DNA of 59,603 nt, filler included, from Moniliella sp. 'wahieum' (Eukaryota), in NCBI GenBank assembly GCA_003971905.1. It is 2 parts of 2 records of this genome, joined end to end, with 100 filler letters (N's around TTAATTAATTAA, not from the genome) between each part and the next. Parts side by side here need not be neighbours in the genome. Positions count along the whole stretch, not along the records: positions 31,692 to 59,603 come from RSEE01000194.1; 1 more part is not named here. The stretch is one strand, 5' to 3'. A program made the position numbers and the translations under genes. Positions 34,359 through 46,442 of this stretch are shown in pieces. The notes below the pieces were generated by a model. The model searched no databases, was not told the origin of the DNA, and was given only the letters and a program-made list of their open reading frames with translations. Every line of letters begins with the position of its first letter. The first letter of the stretch is position 1.

Positions 34359-37129
34359 CGAATCCGTAAGTGTTTCACACGTGTTGCAAGGCGGAGGGGT
34401 ATCAGGACACGAAGGAAGGCGAAGCGAGGACCCGGGGCCCGAGGATAGATATGTGCATTAGATTCCCCCTTGGGGGATGGGGCGGCGGACTTGGGAGGGG
34501 CTTGGCGCAGCCTGAGCGCTTGGGCCTGAGACAGCAGAGGATGCGGAGCTTTGCACAGCAAGCATAGCCAACTGATTTGACACATTTGACAGCCGGAGGA
34601 GATCCGAGATCTGAGATCTGAGATACTATGGAGGACACAGGAGGATTGGGCGCTGTGTAAGTAGCATAGCTTTTTGCCATTTTCTCCACACCATTTCACG
34701 CCCATTGATAACGTACTGAGTACGAGTGTCATATAGTCATGCATCATGCTGCTCGTACCGAGTACAGCGTCCTGAGTGTGAATATAGGAGGCGTGGAGCG
34801 TGAAGCGTGAAGTATCCTTGGCGCTTGAAGGTCTTGAAGCCTGGGGACTACGTACAGAGGAAATGGTGCAATGCCCGTGAGACATGCTGCACTAGGCCTG
34901 AGGCCTGCCGCGCCCTGACGATGCGGGGACCGGTGACATCACAGCTCAGATGCTCCGTTCGTGCATCCTGGGCACGGAGCCAGTGACGGGGACACAAGCA
35001 TGTTCCTAGGCAGCCTGCGGCGATGCATCACATACATGTCACACACCACACACTCTGCGCCGCGTCGCATGCCCCGCTGTCCCATTCGCACATGTCGCAC
35101 AGCCGGCGGTGGGCAGAAGGGCAGACAGGCACTGCGAGGATGCGATGCGGGGTATGCGAGGGTACATGGCACACGTGTACTCAACGTACTCAGGTGTAGA
35201 AGACCAGAGAGCAGGCAGTTGATGGTGTATTGGCTACAGAAGAGAGGCTAGGAGACTATTTGCTAGGTAATATGCAGGCTTTACTACGTATATCGGGGGC
35301 GTACCAGCCCAGACTTCGTGCCTCGTGGATTGTGGTAGTGTTGCGCAGTGGTTGCTCAGCCTGAGGGCCTGTTGCTCACATCGAAGTCGATCGGACGGGC
35401 GGACGCCACACGATCGAGAGAGCACACATGTGCCACAGTGGCCCAAATGATCGATGACCGGATCAGTACCGAACACGTTGAACTCATAAAGTCAGTACAA
35501 GCACGCATCTGGGCGCTGGAGCGACAGCTGTGGCCACTTGGATTGTGTTGCCAGTGACTCTCGACCGCACCATGGGCAGGGGGATTGTTGGGGGTTGGCC
35601 ACGTCAATGTGCTGACACAGCCCTGTCGCCTCAGTTGTGGCTGCCTGTGCTCGGATCCTGGCTCGGATCCGACACGCAGAAAAGAAGTCTTCTTTCTTCT
35701 TTCTTGCCTCTGCCGTTCTGTCGCGAGGATGAATGGGTGCGGCAGGAACAACCTGCCGACCGACGAATGCCCACCCTCTTGCCCCGCAGAGAACGCTCGC
35801 CAGTTCTGGCCTTGCCTGCCTTGCCAGTGGACTCGCCTCGCATGCCGAGTGTACGCCTATATATAACAGACCCGAGAGGCCCTGGTACGCTTCATCGCCT
35901 CAATGATCATCCCGCGCGGTCGGGGGAGGGGGAGGAACGGGGGGGGCTGGTTCTGCGCCCAGAAATGGGGCACGACAGGGCACGACCCCCCAAGCAGTGG
36001 TTGAGCCCATTGTTGGGCGTGCGCATCTACCGCCGCCCTCAGGTTCCGCATTCCAACCCGTCCCGAACCCACATGTTATTCTACCTGCCTACATACATAC
36101 CAACCTACGTATCTCTCTCGCCCAACGCCGGCACGGATGCCGAAGGCTTTCCGTGCACCAAGATACAGATCGAGCGGATGGCATGGGATGAGAAGCGCCC
36201 ATAGATAGATTTGGAAGGAAGATACTAGCGCTGTTGGGCTGCAACGATCCTTTTCGTACCGGCCCTCACGCTCAAAGTTCAACAAAACTAAGAAAGCAGA
36301 AAGCAGAAAGAAAGTCGGAAGGTCATACCTGAGAGCCCATGAGCCAACTCCAACTGCACTGCCTGAAACGCCAGAGGGAGAAAAGATGCTGATGACTCCA
36401 CGGTGAAAACAAAAGTGGAATGCAACGATACACTGCAAGGACACACTGCACAGCCCTTCCTGCCCCGGGTCGTCGGGATGATACGAGCGCGGTACTATCG
36501 ATGCAACAACGAAGATGGTCACCGTGCTGATTCGGAACGGGACGATCCTTTCTGAAGTATATTCTCCTTGAAGACGGTTAATCGTTGATCGAATCGATTG
36601 CATGCAGACCATCTACCACACTGTCTCCTTCGTAGATATCGTGTACTATCCTCCGGTGTGGACCCAAACGGCGTGCACCAGAGGGTCCTGACCTATGCTA
36701 TTACCGGCGCCCCTGGTTTCCTACCTACGCTAGTACCAGTACGTCGCATACACCGAAGAAGCCAGAGCAAAAGTACCTAATACCCAGCAGTGTACTTGCT
36801 GCGTGAATGAGCTGGCAGTGGGACCATCGGTGGAATCCGTGCGTGCATGCGTTGACAGTCGAACCATCCGCGGAGCCCGTATGCCTTGTGCGGACCTGGT
36901 TCCCGTGGGAACGGGAAAGGCATACTATACAGGAAGGGAAGGGCACTTCCCTTCTATGGTCTTTTGTAGACATACGGGCAGCGCTGGGATCTGAGAAGCT
37001 GGGAGAAGGGTTGTCAGCGCCCCCCTCCCGCCCCTGTGTCCGACGCGACGGTCGAGGGGAGGGAGGAGGTCCACGTTTCTCCGTGACACTTTGGACTCCT
37101 TCCTGCGTAGGGAAAAGAGGGATGGAAAG

Positions 37130-37188
37130 GGAGAGGGAGAGGGAGAGGGAGAGGGAGAGGGAGAGGGGAGAGGGAGAGGGAGAGGAGG
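37130..37188. repeat. (GAGAGG)n polypurine microsatellite
   Basis: Directly visible tandem hexamer. Confidence 0.95.
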
Positions 37189-37896
37189 GAAACAGCTGCT
37201 TTTTGGACCATGACCGCAATTGGCTCGCTCTACGTTCCTGATACCTGTGCTCAATCTGATTAGGGCTGGCACCGATGGGTGAAACCGACACGGACACCGA
37301 CGCCGACAGCCAGGAGGATGCAGCCCACACTCACGCGAACGGGGGGGGAGTGTTGGGCGCGTTCTGACAATGACCTGCACGCAACCAACAGAGGGAGTGC
37401 CGTACTACAACAGTAAGTGCCAGTTACTAGCCAACGCAGTGGTCGCTACAGAGGCTCTCTCTTAAGTTCTTCTTGCCTGGGTATCGCAACCCCCGCAGAC
37501 CGGATCGCCTTCACCATCATGTGTATATCTGCTCGGGTATCCCTACGGCACAACTACTTAGACGCATGCCTCTGAATCGATCGATCCGACTGTGGGAGAC
37601 ATGCTCAGTTCTCAACAGACCGTGGTTTTATCAGCATGGGTTGTCAATTGGTTATGGCATCGTTTCCACCCCCATACGCACGCACTTGACATCACCGTAA
37701 CCGTCACCAGAAAGAAGCAGCATGGTCTACTCACCGACAAAACCCAACCCAACAGTGCTTGTGGACAAACCGCGCATCTAGACACCAACCTGATGGACCA
37801 CAGAACAGAGAGGAGAGCAAAGCAGCCCACAGTTGGGCGTGTCAGCGCACCAGGGACAAAGGGAGGGGGGGGGGTAGACGGTAAACCTAATTTCTT

Positions 37897-39751
37897 TCAT
37901 AGGTCGAGCACGATTTGTCCCACGCCCCTCGAAACGCACGAGAGCATGGAGGTTTTTTTCTTCGCCCCAGAGGGCCACGCCGCGATGCTCGACGCGGCCG
38001 CGGTACGGCACGACACAGGTCCCGCACGAGCCTGCCTCGCAGAACGACGGCACATCGATCCCGGCTTCGCGCAACGTTTGGAGCAGCGAACAGCCCGCTG
38101 GTACCTGCAGAGTCTGGTGCCGCTGGGCCAGGTAGGCAGTAAACGGATCGCCGCCCACAGGGGTGGTAAACGACTCAAAGTGGACGTACTGGTCTGGGAT
38201 CTGCAGCTGCGCCGCCGTTTCCGATACGCCCTCCATCAAGCGAAGCGGGCCACATACGTACACGTGCGCTGCAGGTGCAGGGCAGTGGCAGTGGCAGTGG
38301 CAGTGGCAGATGTACTTGTACTCTGGTGTGCGGGGGAAGCGCGGCGCAGAATCTGCTTCAAATGCATGGGGCGCCCTTGGGCTTTGGGGTAGATGGTAAG
38401 ATGCGGGGCGAGCGGGCGAAGCAAGTGGAGGAAGGGCACGTCGGACTCGGACCGAACGGCAAGGTGCAAATGAAACGGGGAGCTGATTCTGCAAGCAATG
38501 GTGGGCAGCCTGGATGAACGCCGTGATGCCAATCCCGCCCGCGACCATGATCCGCAGGGGGGCGGGGGCAGGAGATGCGTCGGCGTCGGCGTCGGCGTCG
38601 GCTCTCGCACTGGTGGCCTCCAAGCCAAAGGGGAACGTGGTGGAAATCTCACCAACGGGCACAACGTCGCCTTGCTGCACTTGGTGATGAAAGTAGCTGC
38701 TGCCGCCCCTCGACTGATCATCCAGAGCCACACCCAGTTGGAATTCGTGCCGAGTCCCCCGGACGATGGAGTAGACGCGCTCCAACTCACCGAGCTTGAC
38801 CTTAACGCTGGATCCAGGCGGAAGTTGTTCCAGTTCCGGTTCCGGGTCCTTCTGCTCTGGCTGCTCGTTCCGCTGCTGATGTTGCTCTTGGGCTTGCGTC
38901 TCCGGCTTGCATCTCCCCCGGGGTGGAAGGGGCAGGTTCGTTGGCTCGAAGGACAAACGAAGTGATTCGGTCAGTTTCGACGTGCTTGCACTGGACGCTG
39001 TAGGGGGTCCAGGAGGGCAAGGCCATATCTTGTCCGCCGTAGAGACGGCCCTCCATATCTTCGGCCGCGTGGCTGGCAAGACGGTTGGACAAGATGGTGC
39101 GTACCTCTTGTGCCAGGGGCGGGAGGTGGATCAAGGTGGTGAGCGCGTGGGTGTTGCGCAGGTCGGTGTACATGTAGTGCTGTACGGCAGCGATGGTCCA
39201 TTGCGGGTAGGGGCGGTGCAGGAGACGGATCGTGTCGCCTGGTTGGACGGGGCCCGGGCGGAGGACACGGGAACAAGCCGGTGCGGCGCTGGTTTGAGCC
39301 TGGAGCGCCATGTCGCGCACGCCGAACCGGTGGTTGAGTTTGAAGCACGGTTGCCGCGGCTGGCTCACCTCCAGCTCGGCCTGGCCCACGGCAAACCGAT
39401 CGCCAATGCAAACCGTGTGTTCATCGTACTGCGCCGCGACGAGGTTCTCCCCAAACCCGCGGGCACGAACAGCTGGTTCTCTGGCATCTCCTCTTTCCAT
39501 GCCGCGTAGTGCGCGACGCAGTACTGCAGCACGGCCTTGTCCACCCCGCCGTGATCTTCGTACGCCTGCTCGTCGCCCTCCAAGCCGAGCGGGGTGATCT
39601 GGACCGGGTCGGAGCGGATGGCCTTGTGGATGGCCGAACGCAGCGGCAGACGGTTGAACTGCTGCACCTTGCCCGTCCGCACCTCCAGCACCTTATCCTC
39701 CGGCGCATCTGGTGCGGCCGCAGCAGGAGGCGAGGCAAGGGCAGCAGACAT
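37897..39751 (-). CDS. MOSC (YiiM-type) + 3-alpha + FAD/NAD ferredoxin reductase + 2Fe-2S ferredoxin fusion (PDR/VanB-like tail), intronless and frameshifted
   Basis: GLEGDEQAYEDHGGVDKAVLQY, GFGENL, CIGDRFAVG.AELEVSQPRQPCFKLNHRFG; reductase motifs RVYSIV, SRGGSSYFH, AGGIGITAF, HVYVCGP, HFESF; ferredoxin SFCEAGSCGTC...MLSCVSRGVGQIVLDL*. Confidence 0.92.
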
Positions 39752-40507
39752 GGTGGTGGTGAGGAGGAACGGGGGGGGATGGACCAGGGCTGGTAGGTCC
39801 GAAGTTGGTGGTTTATTATACCGCTTGGTTTCTTCCGATTTCGTGCTGGTTCATTTTTTTTACCCAGCCAAGCCAGCTTCGGAGATTGCGATGTGCCAGC
39901 CCCGAAACGGATCCTAAGTCCGAGGATTACGATTGTGCGCGAGTTGATCATTTCAAACGCAGGTATCTGGGGCCATCGGGGGGTTGCTCCCTTCGTCGAA
40001 ACCGTCCAGAAGAGCAGGACTTTGGCGACCAACACTGGCCCTTGCGTCTGTGGCCCTTGCACTACTTGAGTCGCATACGCGAAGCACGCCTGTCCCACCG
40101 GCTGCAGGATCGTCGATCAATATTCAATCTCAATTGCCCAAGCTGCCAGTTCGCAAGAAGGAAAGGGTGCGCGAAACAATAAACCCGACCGAATTAACAC
40201 TACTAAACACGGCTTCAATGAGAAGCATCTCTCGCATCATCCTCCGTCAGACCTCAGGCGCCAGGACTATATACGCGCAACCCCTACCTACGCGAGCGGG
40301 ATGGGACGCCGCACGTTGAGCATATGAAGATGAATATTGAACGGCAAGAACAGCATAGTAGTGATTCCATGATCCAAGCAAACTGAGCAACCCCGAGCAA
40401 CAAAAACACGCAAAAGGCGGGAGCACATGAAGAGACAAAACGTTACCACGACTGGATCCCAAATTCAGCAGTGAACCTGAACCCAGTCAGACCGTACGGC
40501 GGAGCCA

Positions 40508-40566
40508 GCCAAGCCAAGGCCAAGCCAAGCCAAGCCAAGTCGAGCCGAGCCAAGTCGAGCCGAGCC
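40508..40566. repeat. (CCAAG)/(CCGAG) pentamer tandem repeat in the amine oxidase 3' region
   Basis: GCCAAGCCAAGGCCAAGCCAAGCCAAGCCAAGTCGAGCCGAGCCAAGTCGAGCCGAGCC is directly visible. Confidence 0.85.
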
Positions 40567-40583
40567 GCATCGCGCCGATTTTT

Positions 40584-43113
40584 TTAGAGCTTGGACTTGC
40601 AGCAGTGCTGCGTGCCGGCCGAAGCGTTGGCGGGGATGGACTTTTCGTCGCTGGTCGGGCGCACGTCGAGGAGCGGATTCCTAGTGAAGAAGCCAGTGGG
40701 CCGGAGATCAAACATGACCTTGTCCGTGGGCATCACGGGCGCTACACACACACACAGAGTCAGTCAGTCGCAGTCCCCACAACAGGGAAACAATGCAAAA
40801 AACGAGGTTGGGTGGGGGATGCAGTGGAGGATGGTAGGGGGACGTACCATCTTCTGGCCTGGGGATGTGAGTCAGGCCGACCTGGGCAAAGATGACAATG
40901 TCGGTATTGCGAACATTGTCATTCCCGTCGCCGACCCAGGCGGTGATCGAGTCGGGGGGCGTGTCGGTGGTTTGGACAACATGTTGCCGGCTGGGTAGAG
41001 CTGGTTTTCTGGTAGGGGAGGGTGAACCAACTGTGCTTGGCAAAGGGTGCGCGACGGGCAACAATCGAGTCGGGAGCGGCCCACAACTTGACTTGTGCAC
41101 CGGGCGCGACAAAGCGGTAGGCGACCGGGTACCCGACGCGTGGTGCTTGTGGTTCTCATTGACGATCGACCAGTACCGTTCCGAATCGTGGTCCGTGTCG
41201 CGCACCGCGTCGCCGGACGTGGCGAGCAAACGCCGTTTAATGTCAAACGCGTTGCCAGCCCAGTTCATCCGGCTGCCCGTCGGGTGCGGCGAACGCTCAA
41301 TGTGCGTCTCTACCACACTGTTCTGCGGACCGTCGAGGTGCGGGTCGATGCGCACACTGTCCAGGCGCAAACGAAGGCGGTTAGTCAAACGGACTTACAA
41401 AGGGAACCCATAACCCCGCAGGACACGCATAGGGGAGAAGACGAAAGAACAAGGGTTCGCAAGGGTTACCACGTACCTGAAAATGTGCTGGTGCAGCTGC
41501 GCCTGGATCTGGGGCATGACCTCGATCGCATACGTTGGCTTTTCGCCCGGGGCGAGCAGGTTGAGGTTGAGGATGCCCGTCAGGCCCACCTCGCAACCAA
41601 GGGTGCCGTCCATGTGGAGACGCCAGCCGACCTGAGGAACAAAAGATAAAAAAACGTTAGCACACGTCCAAACTAGGGCAAGGCGGGGAAGAAGAGGAAA
41701 GGAAGATGCCCGTCGGCAACGTACCCGGTACTCGTAGTTGGCCACAGTGTACACGGACGAGATTTCAAGGATGCGTTGGCGCACGGCGGCGCCCTGGCCG
41801 TCGGGGCGGAAGTCGGTGTGTTTCCAGCCGAGGCGCCGTCGAGCTCGTGGATGCAGATGGCATTCTTGATGACCTGCGGGGTTCCGTCGTGGGCGACAAT
41901 GAGGCCGTCCATGTACTCGATGCTGCCGAGGCAGTCGCAGCCCAAGTCGAGCGAGTTGGAGACAGTGCCCAGACCATATTCGCCCACGTCAAAGGCAAAC
42001 TTTTGTAGTGGGGGAAATCGGGGTGGGCATAGGGCACCACCATCTCGGCCATGCTCACGCGCCAAAAGAGCGGGCGCTCGGTCGGGTTGGCCTTGGACGC
42101 CCCGGGCGCCTCATCGTCCTTGTACGAGATGGCCGAGAGCACAATGCCCTCGCGCGGGTGGAAGGCGACGTGCAACTTCCACTTTTGCCATTCCAGCACG
42201 TTGCCCGTGCGGGTAAACGACACGCCTTCCGGCTGGACGACCGAGAGCGGCTTGAGGTCCTTGCGGAACTCGATCGGGGTCTTGCCGTCGGGCGCGGTGG
42301 CGCGGTCCGGGTGCCAGTCCGAGTGCAGACGCGGCGGGGCAAAGCGGGGCCGGTTCTGGGACTCGGAAATGTCCCATTCGGGGCCGTCGGGCGGGGCAGT
42401 GGTGCCACGGGAGGTGATGGTGAGCCCGTCGATGCGGAAGGACGGGTAGTCAATGGAGATGACCTTGGCGTCATTGACATCAATCACGGCGAAAAAGTCC
42501 ATGGGGTGCGAGTAGTGGTTGTCGTGGTAGTTGTCAAAGCGGGCAAACATCAGGCCCTCCATCAGGCGGCGGCCGGGCCAGCGAATGTCGTAGCCAATGC
42601 ACCAGCCGTCGGCAAACATTTCCTCGGGCTTGATGCCGACCTTGGCGGCCTCGGCGCAGCAGCGGGCGTCGTTGCGGACAATCTCCTCGGCAGAGATGAT
42701 CTCTCGGGGGTGAGGGCGGGCTGGACATGCTGCGGCAGGAGGACCTCGCTGGCGACCTCGGGGGCCGGGGCCGAGGGCGGGAGGGTGACGACGACCTCCC
42801 AGGCGCGGGACTCGTAGCGGTCGAGGACGATGACCTCGACCTGGCGCTTGATGGGCTCGGTGGCGGGAGTGAGGGCGCGCCGGGGAAGCGGATGGCCTCG
42901 ATGACGGCGTTCTTGGGGGGCTCCTTGAGGTAGGCGTTGGTGACCTTGACGCCGCGCTTGCCCTGGCTGGCGATGTGCTGGGCGGCGGTTGGCGGCGAGC
43001 TCGATCTCGATGGGGCTGGGCGGGTCGAGCGGGTGGAGGTGGTCCCAGGAGCGGTGGAGGTGGCCGCTGGACGCGGGGGCGGTGACGGTCTGGGCGGGCG
43101 AGGGGGGCGCCAT
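40584..43113 (-). CDS. Copper/TPQ amine oxidase with peroxisomal PTS1 (SKL), three introns near the 3' end
   Basis: HPLDP N-terminus, DNHYSHP, VVQPEGVSF, WQKWK, EMVVPY, AFDVGEYG, LGCDCLG, active site TVANYEY (41728-41751), Cu ligands HQHIF and THIPRPED, last exon PVMP..GFFTRNP..HCCKSKL*. Confidence 0.96.
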
Positions 43114-44027
43114 GGTGGGGGTGGGGTGGGGAGGAGGTGGGGGTGGGGGTGGCGGCCTGGAAGAAGCGGTGGGGGGGGGGGGATATATACACGCCCAATA
43201 CTCCGTCGGCGCAGACAGGCCCAGGCTTCTGAGATCTGAAGGCACACTTGTGGGGCGCTGCAGGCGCTGGGCAGCCTTTAGGGCCAGAAGTTCGCAGATA
43301 ACACTTCCCCCGATCGACGCTGAGGCACGCTGCCTAGTCTGGGGCAAACCCTCCAACCGGCAGTGTGCCTGGCCAGCCCCCGTTCGGTGCAACGGCGCGG
43401 ACGCAGCGCGGAGCGCGCGGCTATGGCGGTGATCCACACCCATCCCAGCCCGCGTCAGCCACGCAGCGCGCAGCGCATGCACACAGCCCCCCGCCCGGCG
43501 GCTGCGCGCTAGCCGCTGGCTGACGTCAGCGGCGGCAAGCGCCCGCGCGGCGCCGAGCACCCGCCGGCGGCCGCCGCACGGCGCGCGTGTCCAGGCGCCG
43601 TGCCATGCCGCCGTGCTTCTGCCAGAGTAAGCCCAACCCTACCCGCACCGCCGCACGCGCCGCACGCAACCCTACCCGCAGGCTGGGCACTGCGCCTGCG
43701 TCCCATCCGCCATCCATCCATCAGCGCATCAGCCCATCGACCAGCCCCCATCGCTCACAACCTGATCGCGCAGAGCAGATAGCTGCTGCTTCTCTTGGCG
43801 CCAGCGGCCCGTCTTCGGGCCAACTCTCCGCCACATCTCCGTCCCCACTGCCCCCGCACCACAGTGGGACGACTACGCACATGCTGGCACTCGCACGTGC
43901 ATCGCTTTGTGAAACACCTTTTTGCCGCTCGCACCGCCTCGACTGTCCTTCCTTATGCGCACCAGAGCACCAACCGAATACATTCAAGCCAGTCCTCCCC
44001 CCCGCCCCGTCGTTCTTCAGCACCCAG

Positions 44028-44155
44028 TGTCATAATAGTTTGGCTCATCTCGCTCCCATTTCCAATTTTCGTCTCGAGCGTCTCGCTCCTTCCACTTCGC
44101 ACCATGTCCTCTGCTCTTCCTTCTTCCCCACGAACGATTGCTACGCCCTGGGCCT
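44028..44155 (+). mobile_element. Truncated copy D of the 180-bp LTR-like repeat
   Basis: TGTCATAATAGTTTGGCTCATCTCGCTCCCATTTCC...CCCCACGAACGATTGCTAC closely matches the reverse complement of 7998-8177. The last ~50 bp are missing. Confidence 0.85.
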
Positions 44156-44385
44156 CCTCCGATGCTGAATACCAGCACTATGATGGATAGGCGGGACGGT
44201 ACATGATGGGTGCCACGACCGCACATGCAGTGACTGACGTTAAGCATTGAGCTGGCGGAGCTCGCGGTACTAATCGGTTAACGGGGACCGTACGAGACGC
44301 AGTGGGTCTGGTTAGCGACACAACCACGACGCTGGTGATCGCCTGATCGTTTTGCTCAGCAGCCCAGCACTGCGATTTGGTCCCA

Positions 44386-44417
44386 ATCCAATCCAATCCA
44401 ATCCAATCCAATCCAAT
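44386..44417. repeat. (ATCCA)n microsatellite
   Basis: Directly visible. Confidence 0.95.
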
Positions 44418-44847
44418 CTCCAGCTCGAACCCGTGCCAAAGGTGTAGTGTAGTATGGTGGGGACGCAGCCATGCAGGCACGGTAGTCAGACGCTTGCTGC
44501 TGTCCATGTGTATGTCCATTTCGGCCCTCCCCATCCTCATCCCCATCCCTATTCCCCATTATATCCCGACCCTCAATGTCCATACCAGTTTCCTGTTCAT
44601 TCCCCGCCCCGCCCCATTCCCGATCCAATTCCCATTCCCACTCCCATTGCCCGCCCCGGTCCTACTCCCATTCCCCACCCCCTCACTCACTACGTTGGTT
44701 CGCCTGTTCCCTGGGCGCCATTTCGGCCGTGGTGCTTGGTCGTGAGTCAAGGCGGTGCCCTGGCGCCCTGATGCGCGTCGTGTCGCAGGACCGGGAAATT
44801 GGCACGGACGAACAATGAGCAGGGCACTAGGCACTAGGCACTAGGCA

Positions 44848-46284
44848 CTAGGAAGGGTGCGCCTGCGCCGTGCGGTCCAGTACGCACGCCAGCCGAGCCA
44901 CTTGCCGCAGCGTGACCGATCCGCCTGCGCGAAGATGGGTGAGCAGCTGCGCAGCCTCCAGCTCCCGCTCTGGCCGTCGGGAAACGGACCGACGCACGTC
45001 CACGTCCGTTCGCGAGACGACAGCAGCAGTGATGTTGGCGGTGCGGCAGCGCCAGTTCATGCTCACGTTCATGCTCAAGCTCATGGGCAAGTGCAAGCGG
45101 CGTTGGATCCTAGCTTTGCGAGCGTGCGATCCGCGCGCTGCGTACCCAGCCGGGCGGAGTGCGATAGCTTGCACCGCGAGCGAGACGCCGTCGTGTGTGT
45201 TGCCCCAGGATCGCGACCTAAGTCCTGCCCGCACCGAGCCACGGTACGCCACCAGACGCGGTAGCACCCGGACCGTCACACTCAGGTCAGGGCGGCAGTC
45301 CCGTCGGCCCTGCAGCTACCCCCCCGTCCCGCTCACCGTCGAGCGTGGGGTTGAGCGTGGGGGTGAGGGAAGTGTGCCGTGAGGGTGGCAGGCAGGCCGG
45401 CAATCCAGGGGGAGGCGGCTGGAGCCCGGTCCAGCCCGAGTGGATGCACATGGCGAGCACGTCGAGTCGTCAGTGTACACGTCGGTGCCCCAGATACGGC
45501 GTTTCTCGATCCCAGCCAGCGCGAGCCCGCGCGCCGACGGGGGCGGAAGGATGTGTGGTCCTGGTGGTCCTGGTAGTGTGTGGTGGTGTGCTGGTGGTTG
45601 TGCTGGTGGTTGTGCTGGTGGTTGTGCTGGTGGTTGGGGTTGGGGTTGTGGAGGTGCGGGCGGGGGGTCGGGCGCAGCAGGCCGCCCGGTACGCGCACCT
45701 CGATCGTTGCCTACATGCTTGCGGAGCACGTCGCCGGGCAGGAGCGGGGATCGGTTTGGGTCGTAGCGCACCCAGCCCAGGTGCCGCTGGCGATCGCGCG
45801 GCAGACGACGCACGCTCGCCACACACCGCGTCCGAACGCGCCAGGGGAGAGAGCAGGGCGCGGTCTTGCGTCGGCTGGCGGGGGGGCGACAAGGCGGGGA
45901 GGCGGCGCGGGGTATAAGGGGCGTGGGGGGGAGAGAGGGCCAGGGGGGAGGGTATGCCGCTGGGCGGCTGTGGTTCCGTGGGGGGATGGATGTGGGTATG
46001 TGTCGGTTGGTCTGCAGGGGGATGGTGGTGGTGGTGGTGGTGGTGGTGGTGGTGGTGGTGATGGTGGGTGTGAAAATGAGGATGCGAATGAGGATGAGAA
46101 TGCGGATGCGAATGAGGATGAGAATGCGGATGAGGATGAGGATGGAGGTGCGGGTGAAGGTGCAGATGCGGGTGGGGTGGAGATGGACGAGGCGGAGGTG
46201 GTGGTGGTGCGGGTAGATGGCGGTGGCGGTGTGGAGGTGGCGGTGGCGGTGCTGAGGTGGCGGTGGGGTGGAAGCCGCGGGCAT
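44848..46284 (-). CDS. RXT3: Rxt3-like subunit of the Rpd3L histone deacetylase complex, with a His/Pro/Ser low-complexity N-terminus
   Basis: RRIWGTDVYTDDS.VLAMCIHSGW and VTVRVLPRLVAYRGSVRAGLRSRSWGNTHDGVS are the Rxt3 signature blocks. Confidence 0.88.
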
Positions 46285-46442
46285 GGTGGGCAGGTTGGGC
46301 AACTCACTAAGCAACCCACAGCCGCTCCACTTTAATTTCCCCGCAGCCGCCCCTAACCCTGCTGACGTCAGCCCTGCCCCTTCTTCCCGCACGTCGGCCG
46401 ACCAATCCGAGCCCCACCACCACCACCACCACCACCACCCCC
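46285..46442. promoter_or_regulatory. Compact bidirectional promoter region between RXT3 and SRP68
   Basis: 158 bp between divergent ATGs, containing CCCTAACCCT (46351-46360), the palindrome GCTGACGTCAGC (CRE, 46361-46372) and CCAAT (46402). Confidence 0.6.

Noticed and set aside
35530..37800. Possible gene(s) between the F-box and MOSC genes
   Set aside because: Only short ORFs with no recognisable motif or consistent exon chain. Left unannotated, though a degraded gene cannot be excluded.
44823..44852. (GGCACTA)4 at the RXT3 stop as part of the palindrome-heptad family
   Set aside because: It has period 7 and a CTAG core, but the junction is GCA rather than TCA. Treated as an ordinary tandem repeat, possibly derived from the family.
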